Shown: positions 17,670-29,152 of the stretch, one piece after another
How the letters are laid out: every line of letters begins with the position of its first letter
How positions within the stretch are numbered: the stretch's first letter is position 1
Assembly: GCF_009914755.1 (NCBI RefSeq)
Contig: NC_060941.1
DNA from: the human T2T-CHM13v2.0 reference genome, Homo sapiens
DNA length: 64,000 nt
Reading direction: 5' to 3' (one strand)
Notes under the pieces: generated by a model
The model's input: the letters and a program-made list of their open reading frames with translations, nothing else
The model's database searches: none
What the model was told of the DNA's origin: nothing
Made by a program: the position numbers and the translations under genes

Positions 17670-17965
17670 TTTTTTTTTTCTTTTGAGACGGAGTCTCGCT
17701 CTGTCTCCCAGGCTGGAGTATAGTGGCGCAATCTCGGCTCACTGCAAGCTCCGCCTCCTGGGTTCACGCCTTTCTCCTGCCTCAGCCTCCCTAGTAGCTG
17801 GGACTACAGGCGCCCACCACTAGGCCCAGATAATTTTTTGTATTTTTAGTAGAGACGGGGTTTTACCATGTTAGCCAGGATGGTCGTGATCTCCTGACCT
17901 CGTGATCCACCTGCTTCAGCCTCCCAAAGTGCTGGGATTACAGGCGTGAGCCACCGCCCCCGGCC
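17670..17965 (-). mobile_element. AluY
   Basis: AluY diagnostics. TSD cagag(g/t)ttt. Confidence 0.95.
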
Positions 17966-18417
17966 CAGAGTTTTCAAGTATAGTGTTTGTGGCGAGTTTT
18001 ACTCCTCTTTTTCAGAGGGACAGAGACCTTATTCCCCAACCCTTCAAACAAACAAACAAACAAAACAAGTGAGAGGCTGAGAAGGGGATTCCAAGAGCAT
18101 CACTAGGAGAGAGTTCCTGCCTACTAGAGGGGGAGACTAGCCTGGGGCTGGATGCTCAGGTGCAGGCCACTCCGAACTGCCCTCAGAGCAAGGCACCAAG
18201 TGATGCTTCTTGGGAGGATCTGACCATGTCCTTGGGAATGATAAGGGCACAGTGACAGATAGCTTTTCCTTTGGTGAGGTCTGAGGGGACAAAACTTGCA
18301 GGAGAAGCCCTCATCAGGTTGGGAGAGAGTGCCCAACAGAGGATGAAAGACCTGCATTCCGGGTCTCCAAGGCTTTCTGAAAGTTCGAGGAGGAACCTAA
18401 TCATCCCCAGTCATCCC

Positions 18418-18781
18418 TGTATTCATCTGTTCTAATGCTACTAATAAAGACATACCTGAGACTGGGTAATTTATAAAGGAAATAGGTTTAGTTGACTCAC
18501 AGTTCCACATGGCTGGGGAGGCCTCACAATCATAGCGGAAGGTGAATGAGGAGCAAAGTCACATCTTACATGATGGCAGGCAAGAGAGTGTGTGCAGGGG
18601 AACTCCCATTTATAAAACCAGCAGATCTTGTGAGACTCATTCACAATCATGAGAACAGCTTGGAAAAGACCCGCCCCCATGATTCAATTACCTCCCACCA
18701 GATCCCTCCCAGGACATGTGGGAATTATGGAAGCTACAACTCAAGATGAGATTTGAGTGAGGACACAGCCAAACCCTATCG
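18418..18781 (-). mobile_element. MaLR solo LTR THE1 (THE1C-like)
   Basis: aaagacatacctgagactgggtaatttataaagg...ggacacagccaaaccctatc. 5-bp TSD atccc/atcct. Confidence 0.92.
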
Positions 18782-19035
18782 ATCCTGTAGAGGATCATCT
18801 AAGTTAGAAGAGTAGGCAGATGCTGAGGATATGCTCGGGACTGAGCCAGGCATGCACAGCCATACCCTTCAGGAAGGGTTGACGGTATGGACCACCGACA
18901 GGTCCAAAGGGAAACAAACAGGATGTTAGTGACAAAAGAGGCTGTAGTGAACTTGCACATTATCCCAGGAAGGCCTTGCTCACATCTCCACAGGTGCCAC
19001 CACATTTCTGGAGACCAAATAGAAACAGATAAAAT

Positions 19036-19626
19036 TGTGTCTGGAGTTGGTTCCTTCTGGTGGGTTCGTGGTCTCACTGACTTCAAGAATGGGGCAGCGG
19101 ACCTTTGGGGTGAGCATTACAGCTCTTAAAGGTGGCACAGACCCAAAGAGTGTGTGGCAGCAAGATTTATTGTGAAGAACGAAAGAACAAAGCTTCCACA
19201 CCATGCAAGAGGACCCAAACGTGTTACCGCTGCTGGCTGGGGTGGCCAGCTTTTATTCCCTTATTTGTCCCTGCCCATGTCCTGCTGATTGGTCCATTTT
19301 ACAGAGTGCTGATTGGTCCATTTTACAGTGTGCTGATTGGTCCATTTTACAAACCTCTAGCTAGCTACAGAGCCCCGATTGATGTGTTTTTACAGAACAC
19401 TGATTGGTGAATTTTACAAACCTCTAGCTAGCTACAGAGCGCTGATTGATGCGTTTTTACAGAACACTGATTGGTGAATTTTACAAACCTCTAGCTAGCT
19501 ACAGAGTGCTGATTGGTGCGTTTTTACAGAGCACTGATTGGTGCATTTTACAAACCTCTAGCTAGCTACAGAAAAGCTCTTCAAGTCCCCACTCGACCCA
19601 GGAAGTCCAGCTGGCTTCACCTCTCA
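19036..19626 (-). mobile_element. ERV9 solo LTR12 (short form) with tandem CCAAT array
   Basis: Minus-strand start TGAGAGGTGAAGCCAGCTGGACTTCCTGGGTCGAGTGGGGACTTG. Repeated gctgattgg units. TSD aaat/gaat. Confidence 0.93.
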
Positions 19627-20867
19627 GAATGAGATGGACCCCACGAGACTAGGATGCTGCAGAAATCTGATGATTAGATAAGGACATCTCCTAGGACCCT
19701 CTCCCTCGTCTCTGCCCTCATAGAGGAACAAACTTGGAAACATGGTGAGGAGGAGAATCCGGAATGAGACCATGGTCCCATCCCACACTGCAGGGAAGGA
19801 GTGAAAGAAAGCACAGGTCTCCTTTCCACTAGACAGTTATAGGGCCCCAAAGCTGATGATGGTGGAGACAAAGAATTTAAAATAGGATGTTTGATTAAAG
19901 CCTTACACCAGATTGGACTTTTCATAAAGAAAAGCAACCAGAAATTTGTGCAATTCGCTCAAGTTGTGGCCAAGGGGACGGGAAAAAGATTCAACAGAGT
20001 GTGCTTAAAAACACTTATAGGAAGAACAAAGCTGATGGATGTTGAGAACCCGCCAAGCTCTGATTGCCAAGCTAACTGAATTCCAGGAGGTCATGATAAT
20101 AATGTCACTGGGAGGTAAGGAATAAATGTGACAATTATTAAACACACCACACACACTTAAGCAGAATCAAACTTCCTAAAAATTCTCCCAAATTCCCTTT
20201 GGGAAGCTTTCTCTTTCCAAGTTTCACACATGTTGCAGCTGTTGAAAAATGTCCCCTCTCCCTACACATGGTCCCTCCACTGCCCCCATGGCCTCCTTTG
20301 CAAAGCCAAGGCAGTTTGGCTGATCCATACGCCCACATGAGCCCTGGAAGGTTGAACCTTTCTGCCCAGGCTGAATTTACAGGGAGGACCAGCCTATGGG
20401 AAGTGTAAGGGAATGTCACCGTTCATCTGCATTAATTTCTTCCTTGCCTTTGTGACTTGCACATTCAGGATATTTGCCCATTTTTCTATTTCTGTTTTTC
20501 AAATTGTCTTATCAAAACATTTTATATGAGAAGAACATTAGTTCTTTGTTGTACATGACACAAATATGGTTTTTTCTTTTTTGCTACTTATATTTCAATC
20601 TTCTTTTTGTCGTCGTAAACTTTTACAAATTTAAGTAATCACGTGTATGATTTTTTTTTTTAGTTTTCAAGCACTCCAGTCCAAGATTTTCTCTTTTGAT
20701 GTTTTGCTTGCTTCCTCTACTTCTGAATTACATTCAATGCCTCAAGTCTGTGTGTTTCATGCCAGCCTTCCTCCTGCAGTTGTTCTTCATTCTGTGGGAG
20801 GAGTTTGGTAAGTGGTTCCTTCAATATATAGGAAATACAGGTGATATACTTGCTACATCTTTGCTTG

Positions 20868-20960
20868 CCTTTTCTTTTCTTTCTCTCTCTTTCTTTCTTT
20901 CTCTTTCTTTCTCTCTTTCTCTCTTTCTTTCTCTCTTTCTCTCTTTCTTTCCTTCTTTCA
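20868..20960 (+). repeat. CT-rich low-complexity pyrimidine tract
   Basis: Read directly. Confidence 0.85.
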
Positions 20961-22049
20961 TTTTATTTCCTCTTTCTTTCATTTATTTTTGGCCCCTGTA
21001 TTTTTTGATAGCTTGGCTAGGTATAGAATTCTATATTCAAAATAGGTTTCCTTGGAAGTTTGAATATATTGTTCCTCTGCCTAAAACCCAGTATTGCTGA
21101 CCAGAAGTGGATGTCAGTATGCTTATCTTCCCTGTGAGTGACCTCTCTTTTTCTCTCCAGAAGCTTTAAGAACATTCACTTTATCCTTTAAGTTAGGAAA
21201 CTTCAGCAGGATGGGTCTATACATGAGCGATTTTCCCATTCATCATTCTCCATACTCACTAGACATTCAATTTTAAGAGGTATGTCTATTATCCACTCAG
21301 GGGATTTTATTTTATCTTCAATTTCTACATTTCTATAATATTTTTACCTTTTTATGCCTCTGTTCTCTCCTAGAAAATCTATTAGTTGCTGTTAGGCCTC
21401 CTAGATTTGCCACTTTTAACTTTTCTCTATTACATTTCACTTATCTTTTTGCCCCAAGTTCTGAGAGATTTCCTTGACCTTATCTTCCAGATCATCAACT
21501 TGATCTTCATCTCTGTCCATATTATTATTTAATGTATAAAGTGAAATCTTTATTATTGCAGGAAAAGCTTAAATTCAAAAATGATTTTTAAAAATCTGAT
21601 TAATATATTTTCAAAAGAGACTGCTCTTAATTTGTGGTAACAGTATCTTCTGAAGCCTATAGGCAGAAATCAGAATAATTTTAAACAGTTCTCATCTTCT
21701 CCCCAAAGATTCTTTTATTCCCCTGCTTCATGCTGCTATTGGTTTCTTTTTGGTTTTTAATGAAGAGTTACTTTGATATGTGCAGATTATAGATGTGCAT
21801 TTCCTCAGCAGTTGTGTGTCTCTTTTACAATAGGCCTCTTCCTTAAATAGAAAGTCTAAATATGAGCTCTCAGTCATCAAACAGGGTGACAGGCAGGCTC
21901 CCTTGTAATGCCTGGAGTCCAGAAACAAAGAAACAGGCTAGGGAGCCGCATAATTGCCAATGCAAAGCCCCCTGTGAGTGGAGCACCTGGTGCTTTGGTT
22001 CTCTCTGTTTCTCTTGCATTCCCCAAAACCATCACCAGGAGTTCACATA

Positions 22050-22625
22050 GGGTAGATTAAAGACTATGTACATCACTCGTTTACTTCTCCCATTAGAAGG
22101 TGGAGTTTGATCCCCCTTTCTTTGAGTCTATGGGGGCTATATGACTGGTTTGATCCAGAGAGTACAGCTGAAGAGACATTATCAGTTCTGATCCTGGGCC
22201 AGCTCTCACTTCCTGTCTCTTGGAACACTTGCTCTGGGAAAAGTCAGTCATTATGTAAAAAGTCCAACTACCCTGAGAGCACCATACTGCAAGGAAGCCC
22301 AAGCAGCCACATGGAAAGGCTGTATGAAGAGATGGACATCTGAGTAGACTTTGGATATCCTAGCCACTTGGACGGCTTGCACCATAGGCACCAGAGGTAT
22401 GAATGAGGAGAGATTCAGATGGCTCCACCAGCCCCAGCCCCATGTACCTGAACCCACATGAGAGAGAGAACAAAAAGTCTGAACCAGTCAAGCCACGGAA
22501 AGGTGAGAGATAGGAAATCATTTTCAACTGTTTCACTTTAGAGTGGTTTGCTACAAAGCAACAATAATAGATCATCTGTTTTTGTTTGTTTGGTTGTTTT
22601 TGTTTTTTATTTTTTGTAGCAACAG
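22050..22625 (+). mobile_element. MaLR LTR (MLT1G/H-like), diverged
   Basis: ctcccattagaaggtggagt..., caactaccctgagagcaccat, ttagagtggtttgctacaaagcaa. Boundaries approximate. Confidence 0.6.
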
Positions 22626-24113
22626 ATCAATCACTCTCTCTATAAAGTAGTTCTAAAGCTGCAGCCCAAGGATAAAAGTTGTAGCTCTCAGAAACTCTGT
22701 TTAAGGGACAAGGGCCCACTGATACGGCCTTTCAAATGCAATTCCTCAATAAATATCTTGAAGATGATCTCTCGGTCCATTCTTGCATTTGGGGACTCTA
22801 ACTTGGATAGTCTCTTGTCTCCTTTGACAGGACGGATGCTTAACTCTAGTACCTTGAACTGTGATTTTTCTACTTTTTCTCTGGCAATCAAATAAAGTCT
22901 ACACTGTGTCCTTCATGCAGTCCTCCAAATTCAATAGTTAGTAATAGTATCTATTTTTTTCCCTTTGCTCTGTTACAGGGTGTGTGTTTGTGTGTGTGTA
23001 ATTTTAATATAAACTTGGGAGAAAATGGAAGTCAAATTCTGCGCTCAGGCTGCCATCTTGAACCAGAAACCTATTAAATTCCTAAATAGAACACTGTGTT
23101 AGAAGGGCTATTCCTGTATTTTAGACAGTTTAGGAGTATTGGGCAAGTGAAGAGTATGTCACATGCTAATGTCCCATGAAAATCATTACCTCATGCAGAA
23201 AGGCACTTAAATGAATATTCCCGAGGGAGAGTGTTAAGTTCTCCCGATGTTGCCCAATGCTGGCCTTGAGCAGCATAAAGAGCAGCATCAGAGAGGGAGA
23301 AAATGACACAGGATTTTATGCCCAGTATGAAAGTTTTACAGGCAAGCCCCCAATCTTTCTGCAAATGTGAAGAGTTTGTATTTTATAATTCAGGTCCTCC
23401 TGTTGAGGGGAGGGGAGCACCAAACTATTAACCAATCTTTTGCCTGAATAGGAAGAGGAGATGAAATACATCTTTAGAAGGAGAGAGATCGGGCAAGTGC
23501 CCACTTTGGGTTGTATGCCCAGGTTCAAAGGCCCTGGGCAGGAGAGAGACAAAGTACCAAGGAATAGCCTGAGATGACTTTCTATGTGAAGCAAGAATTG
23601 CATTAGCTGTAATCGCTTGTCATGCTTGTCAGAAGTTTCTTCAGAGATGCAAATAACTCTTATTTAACATATTAGAGGTTTAATTGGCTTCTGTTTCTAT
23701 TTTTAATGCATGAATCCTGTGGTCTCTAAGGTCTATGGGGCTGAGTTTGAGAAGAAGGGGTGGGGTCCCAGTAGACAAATTTCCAAGAATGAAAATATAA
23801 AATGAAGGAAGTGGGCAGTTCTGACAGGTCAGATTGAAGTAGCCAGGTTTCCTGGGAAGGTTAAAAACTTGGTGCCTCCTAAAACTGTGATATAATTGGA
23901 GTATTTGCTGATCTATTTGTTCATAAGCACTGCTTATTGTACAGTTGGTACAGCATGAGGGAAGGCCACACGCATGGGCCTAGCCTATTTTCTCATCCAG
24001 AACATTCAGCTCTGAATCTGAGCCTTGAGCATTCCATGCAGCAAAACCAAAGCCTTACCATTTACCAGACCTAGTCTCCTCAGAAGGCCGTAGATTAATA
24101 CTATTATTGTTAT

Positions 24114-24701
24114 TGTGGGACTCAGAAAGCAATTCCCCAAAATGAAGTCCTCAAAAGTAAAAGTTTTTCTCTGACCTTCTCCTGTTCTCCTGTCTCAGTC
24201 CCATTCTCTCCCTATTCTAAGGCTAGCAATGGAAACTAGAATCCCTCTTCCCCAAAGCCAGCCATAAAACCTAAAAATATTACTTTAGCTTTCCCTCTGC
24301 CTTTCTGTGTAAAACATGGCCATAAAAAAATAACCCGGCCTATTTTGTTTGACTGTAGGTCACAAGACCCTATTCCAAAGAGGGTCCTGCCCCACACCCA
24401 GAAGGAAGAATGCCAAGTAGAATCTAGACAGACAGGCCCTGCTGGGTTTCTCCACTCAGTCTATCAGCATTAGATCTTATTCATTTTGTCCAGTCATATT
24501 TCTGCATGGCTGTCCCTACAAGTTGAACCTAAGCATAACCACTGACAATTTCCCCTATATGCTTGGGTCTTCATTCTGAAGTCTCTCATGTACACTTTAA
24601 TACATTTTGTATGCCTTTTCTCCTATTAATCTGCGTTTTGTGAGTTGACATTTCAGTGAATCTTCAGAGGGCAAAGGGGAAATTTTCTCTTGGCCCTTAC
24701 A
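24114..24701 (+). mobile_element. ERV1 solo LTR, MER39 family
   Basis: tgtgggactcagaaa...ccccaaaatgaag...gtttttctctgaccttctcctg start; ends ttcagagggcaaaggggaaattttctcttggcccttaCA. Confidence 0.82.
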
Positions 24702-26659
24702 GTATCATCAGAATGATTGACATTGTTGTTATTATTATGTGGACAAATTTTGTGGACGTTTGCCCCCCAAGCAACCCATCAGATTATTCCCTCCAACTCA
24801 CTTACATGTCTCTTCCTAAGGACATTCTGGTAAATACAATAGTCTCTACCATGTTTTATTTTCAGTGATATTTTAGTGGCCTTATTGGGCTGGTGCCTCT
24901 ACACACATTCCATTGGCCTGCCTCTTAATCTAGGTATGTTCTGGTCTGACTTTCAGAAGAGAATGATCACAAAATATGAGTCAGTGATGGCTTAAGAAGG
25001 ATCAGACATTGCTCCACCTAAAAATCAATACAGCTCAGGAGATACCATTATTGAAGACATTTAAGACTCCTTCTGTCTGGGTAGGCTCACCACGATTTTC
25101 CCCCAATCCTCTGTCTGTTTCCTGTAGCAGTTATTTTCAAACTTTAAGGGGTTTATGAATTACCTTGGGTATCAGCTAAAAATCAGATTAGAAATTCTGA
25201 TTTATTGGCTTCAGACTGAGGCCCCCAAATAGCATTTTAAGTAAGAACTCCACCCTAGTAAATTTTGAATCAGGTGGGGAACATTGACTTTATTCTAAGA
25301 AATAATGCTAAGCCGTAATGGGCACACATTAAACAAAGTAAATCTTACATAATCTGGAAAGCTGGGTGTATTTATTTAAGATGTAGAGGGGCTAAAAAAA
25401 AGAAATATTGTGTATCCATAGCCTGGTTCATAATGGAGAGCAGAGACAAGAACCCTGAAGACAGGAATGAATGGCAGATACCAAAAAGGAGGTTAAATTA
25501 ATCAACCACTGGCAATCACAGTTAACACAATAATCTTGGAAGAAAATGATCCCATAGGAGGCACCCTGAGAGCCATGAGGAGACAGGATTACTTCAGGAA
25601 GAAGAGAATTCATAGAAAAGTCTTAGTACAGCCTGGAGAATGAATGAACCACCAAATGTACTGTGTCCTCAGGAGAAACATCACAGGAAAGGAAAGTGGG
25701 AAAGTGTAAAATGTGTTCTGTCCCAGAAAGTTTTATCTCTGTTTTCAAGTCTCATCAATTGGTAGTGGCTCCCTGGAGCACTTTATCAAGACAGATTATG
25801 GAGTCATTTCTAGGTTTAGCAGAAAGGGATTGATTGATTAGTTATGATTGATTAGTTATGTCTGCCACAGGATAGGATAGGGAGAAGCAAATGCATCCTT
25901 GCAATTTCTGCTTAGGCAGTAATTGTAAAGTTATCCAAATTCCACTGTAGCAGGTAGACTCAGTCATGCCTGATAAGCGCCATCTCTTTCTTGCTATTTC
26001 CAGTCAGAGAAATCTTTGCCATGTGAACAATATAAATGCATCCTGAGATTATGTTTCCTCTGCTAAAGATGGAGCCATGTGAAGAAAATCTCAGATATTT
26101 ACCTGGTGGAAATCCAGACCTGTTGTACTTGCCCATTCTCCATTACAGACTCTTTTAGCCAGCCCTTCTGTGCTCCCTGCGCCGCTCAATTTTCCCAAGA
26201 AGAAGGAAGGGCTGTAGCAGTGCATCTCTTTCCTGCCCCATTTCCTGCTCAATTCAGGGCTTTCATTGCCATTCATTCCCCATTTCTACCCCAGTGATTT
26301 CAAGATTTCAAACACATAAACATGAACTGCACTTTACAAAATGTGCTTTACGATATACTTGCCTTCAAAGAGCGAACTCTTTTAAAGTACCTACTTAAAA
26401 AAAAAGATCAGTGTGTGTACATATAATTGAGAGGCTAATTGCCAATCAATCAAATCTTTTCATTCAAGGGAGCACCTGTCAGCACTTCATTGGCCTAATT
26501 TGAATTACTGCAAGTATGTGAAAAAAGAATCTGCAGTATAGGATATTTTAAAAGAAGTGTAGGTTGAAAGTCTTCTATAATTCAGATTTTTCTCCAGTTC
26601 ACCTTCCTCAACTGTAGTCAATATTTTTGGTAGCTTTCTTGTCCATCCTCCCATTTCTC

Positions 26660-27170
26660 AGACAGTTCTCTCTTCCTGAGAGCTCCCAATCGTGGTTAGG
26701 GATGCATGTTCCTCCAGGAAAGCTGATTCCATCTTAGTCCTAGAGATAGAGCATATGACAAATCACTGCAATCTGCCTGGCCACCGTGATTGACCCGATT
26801 TTGGGCATGTGACTGCCTATCCAATTAAAGTAACACTTAGGACATTTGCTGATGACAAAGATGGTGTCTCTTTCTTGCTGGAACTGTGAGTTGTATAATT
26901 ATTGTCGAAGCTTCTGGAAGCCATCTTAGAATAAAGAGTACAGCCAACCATAGTGGCAGACAACACTGAAAAAAGCATGCTTGGGAGACAAACAAACAAA
27001 CCCCTTAGTATTTGATGACATTATTGAATTGCTTGATAAAATAAACAAAACTAAAGCCAAGACTACCTATGGATCTTTCAGGCAAATGAGTCAGTATATT
27101 TTTTCTCTTGTTAAGCCCGGTTTTAATTACTTTCTTTCTTCTCTGTTTTTTGCAGCACTAGCTGATACGT
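26660..27170 (+). mobile_element. Old ERVL LTR (LTR33-like)
   Basis: gtgattg...gggcatgtgac...ccaat, gccatctt, ttgatgacattattga motifs. Boundaries approximate. Confidence 0.45.
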
Positions 27171-28981
27171 TTAGTTAATCTGAATTAGGAGAATCCATTT
27201 CATCAGCATTGTACTTGTTTCCTATGACTCAACTTTTCCTTTTCTAATTTTCTTTTATGAATGAGGTTTTTGGAAGCAGGGTAATAAACAGCTGATAATG
27301 ATTGGGATGAAAATCTCAGTCGTGTTCCAGGAGATACTTTGGAAAAGAATATACATCTTCTGAATCAATACCATTTACATGCTGCTAACAGGAAGGGAAT
27401 GAGAGATAGAGTGGTTTTGTTGTAGAAGAAAATGCTTGCGTACTATGGGGAGGAATTAATTATGCAAAATAGCGAAATATGTGCAGACAAATGTAATTTG
27501 TCAACCTGAAAACTGAGCTTCGTAAATCTTAGTTTGCAATAAATTGAGTGATTTTCAAATATATTAGACAAATGAGCTGAAACTCTGATATGATATGTGT
27601 ATTTAATCCTGTCACCCATGCGCATATTATTTTCCATGGGATATGAAACCCCTGACCTCCAGGGCCAGATGTTATTGCATCTTTTGTGAATACGTCTGTG
27701 AATATTGCAGCTTCCTGTTTTTGCCACAGTAACTGCATAGCTGCTGAAAGAATAAAACAGTCTAATGAAACAGAATCACAGATTTATACATATGAGGGGG
27801 ATTCAGGGAGGAGTCTACCCAGCTAGTGTTTTCAGGAACACTGGAAGTGGGTGCAACCCTCAGGAATTTCATTTGCACTTCAGAGCAGAAAACATAGCAG
27901 GCTCTATGAAGACAGTTCAGGAAGAAGTTACTAGAGACACACTTTTCCTGCACAAGTAGCTTCAGAGTCTTGCATAAAAGGAAGACACCTAAGAGAGAAA
28001 ATGGAGAGCATATGCAACAGTAAACTGTTGGCCTGGAATTGCTCTTGCTCACCTTAGGAATGTAGCTATCCATATCTGGATATCATGGTAAGGACCTAAA
28101 TTTTGTCTCTGGGCTTGCAGCACCTCCTGCATCCAGCCAGAGAGAAGCTACAGAGTTAATGCTGGAGCTGGGCTAGGATTGCAGGAAAGACAAAGCATTC
28201 CTGTAAGTTTAGAAGTGCTCCTCTTCTATTCCTCCTGGTTACTTAGACACTCCATTGGTAAAGGAGAAAGGAACAGGAGGTGTCTCATGAATGTACTTAA
28301 GGAGATAAAGTCAGGTAGGAGTCATTTCAGCATTCAAGATGAAACAGGAGGGAAAAACAAGGCAGGGACACTTAAACATCTCTGTTTTATTTCCTTGCCA
28401 ACATGATTTTGGGGACAGGACTGGTGAGCAAAGCCAGTATCACTGGACACCAGGTGTCCTGATTGTATCACTTTAGGTGAAAATAATTTTTCACTCTGGC
28501 CAATGTATCTTTCTCTGATGCCGCCTTCACCAGCTCATCCTCATACCCTGCTGCCCACAAATGCTCAAACTCCTCCTATTCCTGTAGAGACAGTGTGGCT
28601 GCAGTGCCAGTCACTCAGAAAGCCTTGCCGAGAAAGCGAAGAGCAAGAGGCCTCGGAAAACTCTGGTGGTGATTCCTATTCAGGAAACGGTATTTTTTTA
28701 GTGCCTCTTTTCTTTAAATATATTTGAAGTAATTTATTTTTGAATATAAATTAGTGTGTGTGGCTTAACATCTGTAAGTCATGACATATTATACATAGAA
28801 AGAAAAAAAAAACCTCTCTACCACCTTGTACCCAAGGAAAAGAAAATTCCCCTTTCAGAGGCAAACCAATGCCATTCATCTTTTCTATATTCTTACTGTG
28901 ATATTTTAAGCATTTACTGGCTTAAAGTGATGAGGATACACATGTTCCCATTTCTATGTAAATGGTAGCATATCACCTAGA

Positions 28982-29152
28982 CTGGGAGTCCCCAATCCTA
29001 GGGTCGTGGACCAGTACTGGTCCGAGGCCTGTTAGGAACCGGGCCGCACAGCAGGAGATGAGCAGCAGGCGAGTGAGTGAAGCTTCATCTGTATTTACAG
29101 CTGCTCCGCATCACTCACATTAGCGCCTGAGCTCCACCTCCTGTCTGATCAG
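28982..29152 (+). mobile_element. MER1A (hAT-Charlie) 5' fragment
   Basis: gtcccc...ggaccagtactggtcc...ggcctgttaggaaccgggccgcacagcagg...gaagcttcatctgtatttacag. Truncated after gatcag. Confidence 0.85.

Noticed and set aside
19280-19570. Regularly spaced repeats superficially like a CRISPR array
   Set aside because: Internal tandem CCAAT units of LTR12. The spacers are themselves repeated, the DNA is eukaryotic and there are no cas genes.
29008-29023. 16-bp palindrome GGACCAGTACTGGTCC
   Set aside because: Part of the MER1 consensus (CpG-decayed).
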